Positions 1 through 9,654 of a stretch of 64,000 bases of DNA are shown one piece after another. The position numbers and the translations under genes were made by a program. Each line of letters opens with the position of its first letter. The stretch's first letter is position 1. The stretch comes from Candidimonas sp. Lineage in GTDB: Bacteria > Pseudomonadota > Gammaproteobacteria > Burkholderiales > Burkholderiaceae_B. The notes below the pieces were generated by a model. It saw nothing but the letters and a program-made list of their open reading frames with translations, was not told where the DNA came from and ran no database searches. The stretch lies in contig SCQX01000172.1 of assembly GCA_004298545.1 (NCBI GenBank), positions 8,528 through 72,527 of the forward strand, written 5' to 3'.

Positions 1-1255
1 CCAGCAGCACATGCGTGTCAGTCGCGCACGCTGGAAGCGACGGCAGCAGGCCCGCCTCCACACATCGATCCAGGACATCCGCGGCCATCGCGCGGTAGGT
101 CGTCCACTTGCCGCCCGTGACCGTGACCAGGCCGCTGGGGCTCACCAACACCGTGTGTTCACGGCTGATCTTCTTGGTACTGTTCTCTTCGCCGCCGGAG
201 GGACGAACGAGCGGCCGCAGACCAACCCACACGCTGCGGACGTCCTCGCGCGTGGGCCGGCGGGTAAGGTAGTTTCCGGCCTCGCCAAGGATGAAGTCGA
301 TCTCGCCCGGGAAAGCATCCGGTTCGCGCGACAAATCGTGACGTAGCGTGTCGGTGGTGCCCAGCACCACCTTGCCGAGCCACGGCACCGCGAACAGCAC
401 GCGCCCATCGCGCGTCTTCGGGACGAGCAGCGCATGGTCGCCGCGCAGGAAATCGCGGTCGACGACCAAGTGCACACCCTGGCTCGGCTCAACGACCGGT
501 TTGATGCCGCGATGCAGCGCCCGCGCATCCTTCCCGCGGATTTCATCCACCCAGACACCGGTCGCGTTCACCACACAGCGGGCCGCTATTTGAAACTCGG
601 CCCCGCTTTCCGCATCTTGCGCGTGGAGGCCGGCCACGCGCCCCTGCTCATGTACGAGATCGGTGACCGCGCAATAATTGACCAGCAACGCCCCCTGCGC
701 GGCCGCCGTTCTGGCTAGCGCCAAGGCCAGGCGCGCATCGTCGAACTGCCCATCCCAGTACTTGACACCGCCTTTGAGGCCTTGCGCGCGCACACCGGGC
801 AGGCAGCGCTCGGTGCCCCCGACCCCCAGCACCTCGGTGTTGCCCAGCCCCGCTTTTCCGGCGAGCACATCGTACAGCTTGAGCCCGGTACCGTAGAATG
901 GCATCTCCCAGTAGTGATAGCACGGCATGACGAACGGCAGCGGCCGCGCCAGATGCGGCGCGATGCGCAGCAGCACGGTGCGCTCACGCAGCGCTTCTCG
1001 AACGAGCGACACGTTGCCCTGCGCCAGGTAGCGCACGCCACCGTGCACCAGCTTGGTCGCGCGCGAGGACGTTCCCTTGGCGAAATCGCAAGATTCGAGC
1101 AGCACCACCGAGAGCCCGCGCAGCGATGCGTCCAGCGCCACGCCAAGGCCACTGGCACCGCCGCCAATGACGGCCAGGTCGTAGCGCCTGGGCTCCGCCA
1201 GCGCCGACAACAGGCGGGATCGTTCCGTGGAAAGCGGCTCAGTTTGCGTTGCCAT
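1..1255 (-). CDS. glpD: FAD-dependent glycerol-3-phosphate dehydrogenase, N-terminal ~418 codons (3' end beyond left edge)
   Basis: Own translation of the minus strand from ATG (complement of 1253-1255): MATQTEPLSTERSRLLSALAEPRRYDLAVIGGGASGLGVALDASLRGLSVVLLE..., with a GxGxxG FAD fold. The frame stays open to position 1, so it is missing from the ORF track. It is divergent from glpR-glpK. Confidence 0.85.
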   Translation of the reverse strand, partial: MATQTEPLSTERSRLLSALAEPRRYDLAVIGGGASGLGVALDASLRGLSVVLLESCDFAKGTSSRATKLVHGGVRYLAQGNVSLVREALRERTVLLRIAPHLARPLPFVMPCYHYWEMPFYGTGLKLYDVLAGKAGLGNTEVLGVGGTERCLPGVRAQGLKGGVKYWDGQFDDARLALALARTAAAQGALLVNYCAVTDLVHEQGRVAGLHAQDAESGAEFQIAARCVVNATGVWVDEIRGKDARALHRGIKPVVEPSQGVHLVVDRDFLRGDHALLVPKTRDGRVLFAVPWLGKVVLGTTDTLRHDLSREPDAFPGEIDFILGEAGNYLTRRPTREDVRSVWVGLRPLVRPSGGEENSTKKISREHTVLVSPSGLVTVTGGKWTTYRAMAADVLDRCVEAGLLPSLPACATDTHVLL

Positions 1256-1636
1256 CAGGCGCGAACTCGAGAAATATCGATTGTGAAATTACCGCGGGGG
1301 CCGTGCCCCACCCGCGGGCTGGCTCATTCCACGGGCAGTGACGGTCTGGTTCGAGAATACCCGAATTCACGGCCGCGTTTGAATCAGCCACAAATCCACG
1401 CTTGCCTGTGGAGAATCGATCGAAGCCGGCCAAAGCCACTGTTGCGACCGCGCCTGCAACCATACGCATCATAAAAATTCGTTCCCTGTACTATTTTGCA
1501 CCATTTTTGATTATTATTGTTCGTTTTTGATAAGAATACACGCTGGTACCGTGTACCGCGGCGTTCCTTTCGTTTCGGTGTAAAGTTCTTGCGAGGCACC
1601 CCGCCAGTACGTCACACACTCAGGTCGAAGCCACTC
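1256..1636. promoter_or_regulatory. glpD / glpR-glpK divergent control region
   Basis: 381-bp gap between divergent starts. An AT-rich block at ~1470-1545 carries TTCG-containing half-site-like repeats: GGTTCGAG 1348, AATTCGTTCC 1476, TGTTCGTTTT 1518, CTTTCGTTTCGG 1567. An imperfect GC hairpin CCGCGGGGGC-CGT-GCCCCACCCGCGG lies at 1292-1318. Confidence 0.3.
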
Positions 1637-2422
1637 ATGACGCCAAACCCGCGACAGCAACACCTGCTGAGATACGTCCGGGAACGGCAGTCCTCGACGG
1701 TAGACGAACTGGCCACGAGGCTTGGCGTCACGGCGCAGACCATCCGCCGCGACGCGCGGCGGATGGCCGAGGCCGGCCTGCTGGCGCGCTTCCACGGCGG
1801 CGTCAGCGTACCGGGCTCGACCACCGAAAACCTGGCATACACGCAGCGCGAGAACCTGAACGCCGCCGGCAAGCGCCGCATCGCCGACGTGGTGGCGCGC
1901 GCCGTTCCCAATGGCTGCTCGCTGTTCATCAACATCGGCACGACGACCGAGGCGATCGCCCGCGCGCTCATGCGGCACACGGGGCTGCGCGTCATCACTA
2001 ACGACCTCAATGTGGCGGTGACGCTCAGTCGCAACCACGGCTGCGAGGTCATCGTCGCCGGCGGCGTCGTGCGCCCACGCGATGGCGGCATCATCGGCGA
2101 GGCAACCATTGATTTCATCCGCCAATTCAAGGTGGATATTGCGCTCATCGGCATTTCAAGCATCGAGGCCGATGGATCGCTGCGCGATTACGATTACCGG
2201 GAAGTGAAGGTGTCGCAGGCCATCATCGCGCACGCCCGCGAGGTCTGGCTGGCCGCCGACATGACCAAATTCAACCGCCAGGCCATGGTCAAAGTAGTGG
2301 ACATTGCGCAGATCGACCGGCTATTCACCGACGCCGCCCCGCCCAGCCCTTTCCCGCAACTCCTGGCCCAGGCGAACGTGCATTGCGAGATCGCCGCGGG
2401 CTCCAAAACCGAACCGACCTGA
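1637..2422 (+). CDS. glpR: DeoR-family glycerol-3-phosphate regulon repressor
   Basis: ORF track 1517..2422 trimmed to ATG 1637. DeoR w[39 protein letters not shown] plus a DeoR C-terminal sensor domain. Ends 8 nt before glpK. Confidence 0.85.
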   Translation: MTPNPRQQHLLRYVRERQSSTVDELATRLGVTAQTIRRDARRMAEAGLLARFHGGVSVPGSTTENLAYTQRENLNAAGKRRIADVVARAVPNGCSLFINIGTTTEAIARALMRHTGLRVITNDLNVAVTLSRNHGCEVIVAGGVVRPRDGGIIGEATIDFIRQFKVDIALIGISSIEADGSLRDYDYREVKVSQAIIAHAREVWLAADMTKFNRQAMVKVVDIAQIDRLFTDAAPPSPFPQLLAQANVHCEIAAGSKTEPT

Positions 2423-2430
2423 AAACCGCC

Positions 2431-3927
2431 ATGGCCTACCTGCTTGCCTTCGACCAGGGCACATCGAGCTCGCGCAGCATCATCTTCGACGCGGATACGG
2501 GTACGATAGCCGCCATCGCGCAGCGAGAGTTCACGCAGCGCTACCCCCAGCCCGGCTGGGTGGAACACGACCCCATGGAAATCTGGTCGACCCAGCTGCA
2601 GACCGCGCGCGACGCCATCGCCCGCGCGGGCATCACGGCGGCCGACATCCTGGCGGCGGGCATCACCAACCAGCGCGAAACCACGATCGTCTGGCACCGG
2701 CGCAGCGGCAAACCCGTGCACAACGCCATTGTCTGGCAAGATCGCCGCTCGGAACCCATCTGTGCCGACCTGCGCCGACTAGGGCTGGAACCCCTCATTC
2801 AAGAGAAGACCGGGCTGCGCATCGACGCCTACTTCTCCGCGACCAAGCTCAAGTGGATACTGGACAATGTGCCCGAAGCCAGGCGCCTGGCCGAGCGGGG
2901 AGAGCTTGCCTTCGGCACGGTCGACTCCTGGCTGCTGTGGCAACTCACGCGGGGGCATATCCACGCCACCGACGTCACCAACGCGGCGCGCACCATGCTT
3001 TTCGACATTCGCGCCAACCAGTGGGACCCCGAGCTGTTGCGCGCGCTCGATATCCCCACAGCGCTCCTGCCTATGGTGCGCCCGTCCAGCGCGGACTTCG
3101 GCGCCATCCACCCCGACTTGCTGGGAGGCCCGATCGCCATCCGCGGCGTAGCCGGCGACCAGCAGAGCGCCCTCTTCGGCCAGGCCTGTTTTCGCGAAGG
3201 CATGGCCAAAAATACCTATGGCACCGGCTGCTTCACACTGATGCACACGGGATCGAAGTTCCAGGAATCGCGCAACGGCCTGCTGACCACCAGCGCGGCC
3301 CAGGTCGACGCGCACCCCGAGTACGCCATCGAAGGCAGTGTGTTCGTCGGCGGCGCGGTCGTTCAGTGGCTGCGCGACGGCCTGCATGCCATAACCCACA
3401 GCGGGGACGTGGAAAAGCTGGCGAAAACCGTTCCGGATTCGGGCGGCGTCATGGTCGTGCCCGCATTCACGGGCCTGGGGGCGCCCTACTGGCAACCGGA
3501 CGCGCGCGGATCGATCACCGGCCTGACGCGTGGAACCAATATTGCCCACATCGCGCGCGCCGCGCTCGACAGCATCGCCTACCAGAGCGCCGCGCTGCTG
3601 CAGGCCATGAGCCGCGACGCCATTGCCGCGGGCGCCGCGCCGCTGGCCGAACTGCGCGTCGACGGCGGCGCCTGCGCCAACGACCTCCTGATGCAGTTCC
3701 AGGCCGATCTCCTGGGTATTCCGGTGGTGCGCCCCACGATCATAGAAACCACCGCTCTGGGCGCAGCGTACCTGGCGGGGCTCGCGTGCGGCGCATTCGC
3801 CAGCAAGGAAGCGCTGAGCGAACTCTGGCGCGTCGACCGCCGGTTCACGCCGCAAATGGACCGGAAGGAAGCGGCGGTCCTGATGGAGCGCTGGGAGCAC
3901 GCCGTGCGGCAGACTTGTTCGCAGTGA
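2431..3927 (+). CDS. glpK: glycerol kinase
   Basis: ORF track 2383..3927 trimmed to ATG 2431. FGGY kinase motifs [60 protein letters not shown]. Confidence 0.95.
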   Translation: MAYLLAFDQGTSSSRSIIFDADTGTIAAIAQREFTQRYPQPGWVEHDPMEIWSTQLQTARDAIARAGITAADILAAGITNQRETTIVWHRRSGKPVHNAIVWQDRRSEPICADLRRLGLEPLIQEKTGLRIDAYFSATKLKWILDNVPEARRLAERGELAFGTVDSWLLWQLTRGHIHATDVTNAARTMLFDIRANQWDPELLRALDIPTALLPMVRPSSADFGAIHPDLLGGPIAIRGVAGDQQSALFGQACFREGMAKNTYGTGCFTLMHTGSKFQESRNGLLTTSAAQVDAHPEYAIEGSVFVGGAVVQWLRDGLHAITHSGDVEKLAKTVPDSGGVMVVPAFTGLGAPYWQPDARGSITGLTRGTNIAHIARAALDSIAYQSAALLQAMSRDAIAAGAAPLAELRVDGGACANDLLMQFQADLLGIPVVRPTIIETTALGAAYLAGLACGAFASKEALSELWRVDRRFTPQMDRKEAAVLMERWEHAVRQTCSQ

Positions 3928-4020
3928 GGGTGGGGCTGGGGTGGAGCTCTGCCGAGCGATCCTTCGCATAGCAATCCGACGCCACGAAACGCCTGCTGAC
4001 GCCCGGTACCAGCGCTCGAC

Positions 4021-4914
4021 TCATAACAGGCCGACGTCGCGCAGCACACGATCGAGACGCTGTTCCGTCTCCGCGGACGCCGGAACGAGCGGCAAACGAT
4101 GCTCATTTGCCTTCAACACACCAAGGCGCTTCAACATGTACTTGATCGGGATTGGACTACTCTCGAACGCTACTCCGCGAAACAGGGGATAAAGCTTCAG
4201 GTTCACTTCCGTTGCCCTGGCAATGTCCCTCGCAGCAATCGCGTCATAGAGCTGTGCCACTAATTTCGGCGCAACATTGCTTGCCGTGATCATCAAACCA
4301 CTACCACCCACAGCAAGCGTGGGCAATGCGGGTAACTCCGAACCCGCAAAAATGCGGAAGTCCCGGCCCAGCTTCGCGATCGCTCCGGTTACGAACTCCA
4401 TATCCGCATCCGTATTCTTTAACCCCACAAAGTGGGGCACCCTTTCCTTGATCGCCGCGAGCGTATCGATCTCCAAACGGAACGCCGCACGCCCTGGAAT
4501 GTGATACGCAAGGAGCGGTTTTTCTGTACGTGCGCCCAACTTCGTGAAGTACTCCAACACGCCGCGTTGGGGAGGTGCGGAATAGAATGGGGTCACAATC
4601 ACAATGGAATCAACGTCAATCTTGTCAAAGCGTTCAACGAGCAACGCAGTCTGCTCAAAGGACTCCGACGCGGTTCCCGCGCATACCGGTAGCCGCCCTT
4701 TGGATATTTTCACGACGAACTCGGCTAGATCGCCACGCTCCTGCGCCGTCAGCATCGTTGGCTCGCCACTCGTGGCGTTCACGAGCAAGCCGTGTGTACC
4801 TTGCGAAATCTGCCGTTCGACTAAACTTTCGTAAGTGCCGTAGTCTATCTGGCCATTCTTGAATGGGACAACCAACGGGCAATACGCACCACGCAACTTA
4901 TCGGTTTGAGGCAT
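4021..4914 (-). CDS. dihydrodipicolinate synthase / N-acetylneuraminate lyase family class I aldolase
   Basis: ORF track 4021..5034 trimmed to ATG 4914 behind GGAGGGAG. Family motifs GLLVNATSGE and YHIPGRA, and the Schiff-base Lys context VGLKNTDAD. Low-GC coding sequence. Confidence 0.8.
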   Translation of the reverse strand: MPQTDKLRGAYCPLVVPFKNGQIDYGTYESLVERQISQGTHGLLVNATSGEPTMLTAQERGDLAEFVVKISKGRLPVCAGTASESFEQTALLVERFDKIDVDSIVIVTPFYSAPPQRGVLEYFTKLGARTEKPLLAYHIPGRAAFRLEIDTLAAIKERVPHFVGLKNTDADMEFVTGAIAKLGRDFRIFAGSELPALPTLAVGGSGLMITASNVAPKLVAQLYDAIAARDIARATEVNLKLYPLFRGVAFESSPIPIKYMLKRLGVLKANEHRLPLVPASAETEQRLDRVLRDVGLL

Positions 4915-5099
4915 TCCACTTCTCCCTCCAAAAGTCCCCTTATCAAAAAAAGGGGGAAACGATGGAAACGTTCTAGATCTGCTACTCAGCGCACTATCTC
5001 GTGCAACGCGCTTGGGGCCATGGCCACTCTGCAACGGCTCCGTCTAAAAAAGCAACCTCGACAAAATCACTACATCAGAAAAGTCATCCTACGATATGT

Positions 5100-5114
5100 T
5101 TGCCTATATGGCAA
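5100..5114. promoter_or_regulatory. 15-bp inverted repeat TTGCC-TATAT-GGCAA (candidate operator)
   Basis: 5+5 arms read directly. Lies in the 465-bp divergent region between the aldolase-family gene and the cupin gene. A near-identical copy is at 15488-15502. Confidence 0.35.
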
Positions 5115-5379
5115 CTTGAATTTGACACTATATTGACTTGACGAGCCGACCTACCATCACATACATGTCGCTGTCCTACTACTGCTACTAGAAGATAGAG
5201 AGTCATTTCTGACCGTGAGAAGCAAGATATAGGTACAAACCCTATTTTGTCTATTTGGCAAGTACATACTACTATCATCCGATGGGGCGCCAGAGCCGCA
5301 CACGGCAAGTAGTAGTGCGGTGCGGGGCCGGTCGGCACCCCAGCAATCGATCACACACGCACAAACAAGGAGTCGCATC

Positions 5380-5790
5380 ATGGGAAAAGCATCATCGTCG
5401 TTTACTGAGCGTCTACACGGAAACGAAGAACCTACCAAGGGGGGGTCGGTTTACATCAAACCCAACGATATCCCGTGGAAGCCTTCGCAATTCGAGGGGA
5501 TTGACGTAAAAGTGCTTTACGAAAACAAAGAGGCAGGTGAGTTGACCTGCCTACTCCGCTGGGCGCCGGGCGCTACGTTGCCCTTTCACAAACATCCTGA
5601 GATCGAACAGACTTGGGTCCTGGAAGGGTCATTTTCCGACCATGACGGCATATGCCGCGCTGGCGAGTATGTCTATCGCATTCCGGGATCCCTGCACGAA
5701 ACTTATAGCGCTGAAGGTTGTGTGATCCTCGCGATCTATCGGAAACCAAATATTTTCGCGAACAGTGCCGGGTACGACGGCGCGAAGTAG
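5380..5790 (+). CDS. cupin-domain protein (ChrR-like cupin)
   Basis: ORF track 5320..5790 trimmed to ATG 5380 behind AAGGAG. Cupin motifs LPFHKHPEIEQTWVLEGSF ... GEYVYRIPGSLHE. Confidence 0.7.
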   Translation: MGKASSSFTERLHGNEEPTKGGSVYIKPNDIPWKPSQFEGIDVKVLYENKEAGELTCLLRWAPGATLPFHKHPEIEQTWVLEGSFSDHDGICRAGEYVYRIPGSLHETYSAEGCVILAIYRKPNIFANSAGYDGAK

Positions 5791-5886
5791 TCTCAGCAAG
5801 TAGTCCAACGTGAGACCTCAATCACTGTCACTGGCAGCACCGACCGCGTCACTCGGCAATGGGAACAGGAACAAGGCTGGGATGCA

Positions 5887-6960
5887 ATGAGCAAGAGCTA
5901 TCGAATTCTTATTTTGGGGGCTTCGTACGGGTCGCTGCTGGGTACGAAGCTGGCGTTGGCGGGGCATTCGGTGGACCTGGTGTGTCTGCCGGCCGAAGCT
6001 GAGCTGATCAATCGCGAGGGTGCGGTGATCCGCACGCCGGTCAAGGGGCGCGAGGGCCTGGTGGAGATACGCTCCAAGGGGCTGCCCGGCAAGCTGGGCG
6101 CGCTGGGGCCGGCGCAAGCCGATCCGGGCAGCTACGACCTGGTGGCGCTGGCGATGCAGGAGCCGCAGTACGGTTCGGCGGGCGTGCGCGAACTGATGGC
6201 ACGGGTGGCGAGCGCGCGGGTGCCGTGCATGTCGATCATGAACATGCCGCCGCTCACGTACCTGAAGCGCCTGCCGGAGGTGGACGTGGCGGCGTGCCGC
6301 GCGAGCTACACCGAGCCCACGGTGTGGGATGCGTTCGATCCGGCGCTCATGACGCTGTGCAGTCCCGATCCGCAGGCGTTTCGTCCGCCCCAGGAGAAGG
6401 TCAACGTGCTGCAGGTGCGCCTGCCGACGAACTTCAAGGCGGCGCGCTTCGCCTCGGACGCGCACACGCAGATCCTGCGCGATCTGGAAGCCTCGGTGAT
6501 GGCGGTGCGCTTCGCCGTCGGCGGCGAGAGAATCGAACTGCCGGTGAAGCTGCACGTGCACGAGTCGGTGTTCGTGCCGCTGGCGAAGTGGAGCATGCTC
6601 ATGGCGGGCAACTACCGCTGCGTGACCGCTGCGGGCATCCGCAGCATCCGCGACGCGGTGCATACCGATCTTGCCGCCTCGCGCTCGATCTACGAGTGGG
6701 TGGTAGCGCTGTGCGAGAAGATGGGGGCGGCGCCCGCCGACATGGTGCCGTTCGAGAAGTACGCCAACGCGGCGCTCTCGCTGGTGACGCCGTCCTCGGC
6801 GGCGCGCACGCTGTACGCGGGCGCGGCGCACATCGAGCGCGACGACCTGCTGGTGCAGACCATCGGCGCGCAGCACGGCATGCACAACGCTGTGCTCGAC
6901 GAAGTGGTGCGCCTGGTCGAAGCGCAGCTCGCGCTCAACCGCAAGGACAAGGAACCATAG
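5887..6960 (+). CDS. NAD(P)-binding Rossmann-fold oxidoreductase (ketopantoate-reductase-like; function uncertain)
   Basis: 357-aa ORF with N-terminal dinucleotide fold RILILGASYGSLLGTKLALAGHSVDLV. About 70% GC (hand count of line 6001), flanked by 45-52% GC sequence. The antisense 355-aa ORF is Arg-rich junk. Confidence 0.65.
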   Translation: MSKSYRILILGASYGSLLGTKLALAGHSVDLVCLPAEAELINREGAVIRTPVKGREGLVEIRSKGLPGKLGALGPAQADPGSYDLVALAMQEPQYGSAGVRELMARVASARVPCMSIMNMPPLTYLKRLPEVDVAACRASYTEPTVWDAFDPALMTLCSPDPQAFRPPQEKVNVLQVRLPTNFKAARFASDAHTQILRDLEASVMAVRFAVGGERIELPVKLHVHESVFVPLAKWSMLMAGNYRCVTAAGIRSIRDAVHTDLAASRSIYEWVVALCEKMGAAPADMVPFEKYANAALSLVTPSSAARTLYAGAAHIERDDLLVQTIGAQHGMHNAVLDEVVRLVEAQLALNRKDKEP

Positions 6961-6984
6961 CCGTGATTCCTGTCAACAAAATAG

Positions 6985-7638
6985 CTATGCTAAATTGTCA
7001 TTCGTACTCTCAGGGGAGTACATGATAACCAACGCGGTGGCCTTGCCGGCCAGACTACGGCCGCGATGCGGAATGCGCGAATCAAAGTGAACCGTGTCTC
7101 CCGATTCTAGAAAAAATTTTTGTCCACCCACATGCCACTCTATCTTTCCTGTGAGGACATAGAGTAACTCTTCCCCTTCATGCTGGAAAAAGACGTATTT
7201 GTCAATCTGCTCTGGAAATGAAAACAAAAACGGCTGTAACGCCTGCGCTGGGCTCGCGTTGCTCAGGGCAAAGTAATCGTAGCCGAAGGTCGTACCACCC
7301 AATACTGTGGGGCGTTTCTCGTCGTGCCGCACCACGCTTACGCCACGCCAAGTACTTCCTATCTTCGTGCGCGACAGCAGCGCCGCCGCTTCTACACCTA
7401 ACGCAGCCGCTAGGCGTGATAAGGTTGCAAGCGGCGGAACTCTCTTGCCGTTCTCGATGCGAGACAAGTATCCCTTATCAAGGCCAACCTGTGCGGCGAG
7501 CTGCTCGAGTGTCAGACCAGCTACATTGCGATAGCGCCGCAAGCGCACCCCTAACTCACGCAAGCGTTGTGACTCCTCGAAGTCGACTACTTCTGAATCT
7601 TTCGTGTCAGTCCCACCGAACTCGCGAAGAGAGGCCAT
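6985..7638 (-). CDS. XRE-family HTH + C-terminal cupin transcriptional regulator (PuuR-type architecture)
   Basis: The track start at 7656 is a TTG; the first ATG is at 7638. HTH LTLEQLAAQVGLDKGYLSRIENGKRVPPLATLSRLAAAL. Cupin FFQHEGEELLYVLTGKIEWHVGGQKFFLESGDTVHFDSRIPHR. Confidence 0.85.
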   Translation of the reverse strand: MASLREFGGTDTKDSEVVDFEESQRLRELGVRLRRYRNVAGLTLEQLAAQVGLDKGYLSRIENGKRVPPLATLSRLAAALGVEAAALLSRTKIGSTWRGVSVVRHDEKRPTVLGGTTFGYDYFALSNASPAQALQPFLFSFPEQIDKYVFFQHEGEELLYVLTGKIEWHVGGQKFFLESGDTVHFDSRIPHRGRSLAGKATALVIMYSPESTNDNLA

Positions 7639-7737
7639 GATCCGAGTAACAATCAACAGCGAAACAGCGTCTCATCACTTTCCACTGATACCGGCACGCG
7701 AAGAAGAAGTCTCATCTCGGCGCGAGCGAGACCCCAG

Positions 7738-7777
7738 TCAGACAGCCAATAGCGGGACACCGAAACACGATGTCTGA
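7738..7777. promoter_or_regulatory. inverted repeat TCAGACA-N26-TGTCTGA upstream of the XRE-cupin regulator gene
   Basis: 7-bp arms at 7738-7744 and 7771-7777, 80-140 nt upstream of the regulator start. It shares the TCAGACA half-site with the palindrome at 14604-14618. Confidence 0.3.
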
Positions 7778-8000
7778 AAAAACGCAAATCTGCGCCAAAG
7801 AAACAAACTGACGCTATTGTAGCTGATCGATGCAACCGGCAAAGTCAAGGTGATTCGCTGTACCCCGCGCGCCGCCGGTGACCCCAGCGCAAGCCACAAG
7901 CAACAAGCACTCCGCGAGACCACCTACCACAAACACGGATTGATGGCAGCTTTTTCATGATCATTCGATATGCGTCAAACTCTGCGCAGATTGATCCCCA

Positions 8001-9419
8001 CTAATCCGACGTAAATAACGCCGGGCGGCGCTTATGCCAGTTGGTTGCCTTCTGAAAGGCGGATCCAACTCGCACGAGCCTGGATTCATCAAACGGGCGC
8101 CCAATCAGCTGCAGCCCAATTGGCCGGTTGTCAGACGAAAACCCACACGGCACGGATAGAGCTGGGAGGCCCGTAAGATCCACCGGCTCGGTATTGTGAA
8201 GCATCGATTGATGAACGGATTTGTCTTGCCCTCGAATCTTAATTCGCTCCTGCTCTATGGGTGTGGCAAGAAGCGATATCGTCGGTGTCGCAATTACATC
8301 AACCTGACGAAACAAGTCTCTGAAACTAAGCCCTAATAACCGCCTATAACGTTGAGCATGGAGATAATCCTTCGCAAGAACATAACTCCCTAATTCAAGA
8401 TTACGCCTTGTCTCCGGAGTATAAAGATCCGGATGTTCTGAAAAGACATCATCGTGATATGCAGCAGCTTCTGCTAAATGAAGGATCCCTGACGCCGTCG
8501 CGGCATGTTCAATGTATTTTACATCCACATCCACAAGTTCCGCACCGAGCGATTTCAATACGCCCACGGCTTCCAATACCGATGCCTCGACGATCTCTTC
8601 AGATTCATCGTAGAAGTAACGCCGCGCAATACCAATACGCAACCCTTGCACACCATGATCAGCCTGCCACGTAAAATCAGGGTACTTGCGTATGACCGTG
8701 CTCCGATCATTCGGATCATATCCAGCCATAGGCTGCAACAATAACGCGCAATCCATCGCGGTCCGCGCCATGGGTCCAGGATGGTCCATCGTCCACATGA
8801 GCGGGAAAATCCCGTATCGGCTACCCAGCCCAAACGTAGGCTTCAACCCAGTCACTCCAGTCGCCGCGGACGGCATGCGAATTGACCCACCAGAATCCGA
8901 ACCGGTTGCCGCAGCGCACATGCCCATCAAAACCGCAGCCGCCGATCCACCCGATGAACCGCCAGTATGACAATCCAATCTCCACGGGTTGTGGACGGGA
9001 CCGAAGCTGGAGCTTATATTGCGCGTGCCATAGGCGAACTCATGAGTATTTACCTTCCCTAAGGTAACCGTACCTGCCCGCTTCCATTGCGTCACTACTG
9101 TTGCATCATAATCTGGTACATAATCTTCGAGTACCCGTGAGCAGCATGTCGTTCGTATACCTTGCGTACAATAGATATCCTTGTATGCAACCGGGATGCC
9201 GTGAAGTGGCCCTATATAATGACCTTTCATGATATCTGCTTCAGCTTGGCGTGCCTCTGCGAGTGCCTGTTCAGGCACGACAGTCACAAATGCGTTAACT
9301 GGACCGTTAAAGCGATCAATGTTCGCGAGATAGGCTTTTGTCAATTCGACGGGTGACACTTTCTTTTCTCGCAGTAAAACACCTAATTCCACTATGGACA
9401 TACCCGTCAGTTCGTTCAT
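8001..9419 (-). CDS. amidase-signature (GatA-like) amidohydrolase
   Basis: 472 aa. Signature GGSSGGSAAAV plus GSDSGGSIRMPSA, and the catalytic Lys context GIPVAYKDI. Its ATG overlaps the stop of the upstream small ORF (ATGA). Confidence 0.9.
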   Translation of the reverse strand: MNELTGMSIVELGVLLREKKVSPVELTKAYLANIDRFNGPVNAFVTVVPEQALAEARQAEADIMKGHYIGPLHGIPVAYKDIYCTQGIRTTCCSRVLEDYVPDYDATVVTQWKRAGTVTLGKVNTHEFAYGTRNISSSFGPVHNPWRLDCHTGGSSGGSAAAVLMGMCAAATGSDSGGSIRMPSAATGVTGLKPTFGLGSRYGIFPLMWTMDHPGPMARTAMDCALLLQPMAGYDPNDRSTVIRKYPDFTWQADHGVQGLRIGIARRYFYDESEEIVEASVLEAVGVLKSLGAELVDVDVKYIEHAATASGILHLAEAAAYHDDVFSEHPDLYTPETRRNLELGSYVLAKDYLHAQRYRRLLGLSFRDLFRQVDVIATPTISLLATPIEQERIKIRGQDKSVHQSMLHNTEPVDLTGLPALSVPCGFSSDNRPIGLQLIGRPFDESRLVRVGSAFQKATNWHKRRPALFTSD

Positions 9420-9619
9420 CTCAAATCCTCCTCCGGGGTGAACATCACCGCGGGTTCCAACTCCTTCAGAGGCAGCCGGCGCAGATCATCTACACCTCGC
9501 ATCAGTGCCTCAATCGCATCAACATGCGCCTCCGCCAATGTTGAAGTGACGGGAATGCCTGCTAGTTGTTCGGACACCCGCTTCAATGTTTCAGCACTTA
9601 CCCTGGTACGCCGATGCAT
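9416..9619 (-). CDS. 67-aa GatC/AtzG-like small partner protein of the amidase (DUF4089-like)
   Basis: The track start at 9658 is a TTG. ATG 9619 sits 7 nt behind GGGAG. The stop overlaps the amidase ATG. C-terminal ...LKELEPAVMFTPEE resembles the ExPxxxF tail of GatC/AtzG-type peptides. The assignment rests on size, position and this motif only. Confidence 0.55.
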   Translation of the reverse strand: MHRRTRVSAETLKRVSEQLAGIPVTSTLAEAHVDAIEALMRGVDDLRRLPLKELEPAVMFTPEEDLR

Positions 9620-9654
9620 ATCGATTCTCCCATTCCAACTAGAAACTACCACTC

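Noticed and set aside
1348-1355. GGTTCGAG resembling a tRNA T-arm
   Set aside because: There is no acceptor or anticodon stem context around it, and it does not match GGTTCGAATCC. It lies in the glpD-glpR intergenic region.
2304-3971. 555-aa plus-strand ORF and 396-aa minus-strand ORF (2779..3969) overlapping glpK
   Set aside because: Both are Arg/Pro/Gly/His-rich with no motifs, lying in an alternative or antisense frame of an unmistakable glycerol kinase. This is the classic high-GC open-frame artefact.
5109-5125. TGGCAACTTGAATTTGA as a sigma-54 -24/-12 element
   Set aside because: GG-N10-GC spacing is not satisfied: the -12 position reads TT and no TTGC is present.
5818-6885. 355-aa minus-strand ORF antisense to the Rossmann oxidoreductase
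   Set aside because: The translation is extremely Arg/His-rich (RRARVQRARRRGRRHQRERR...). The sense ORF has a clean dinucleotide-binding fold.
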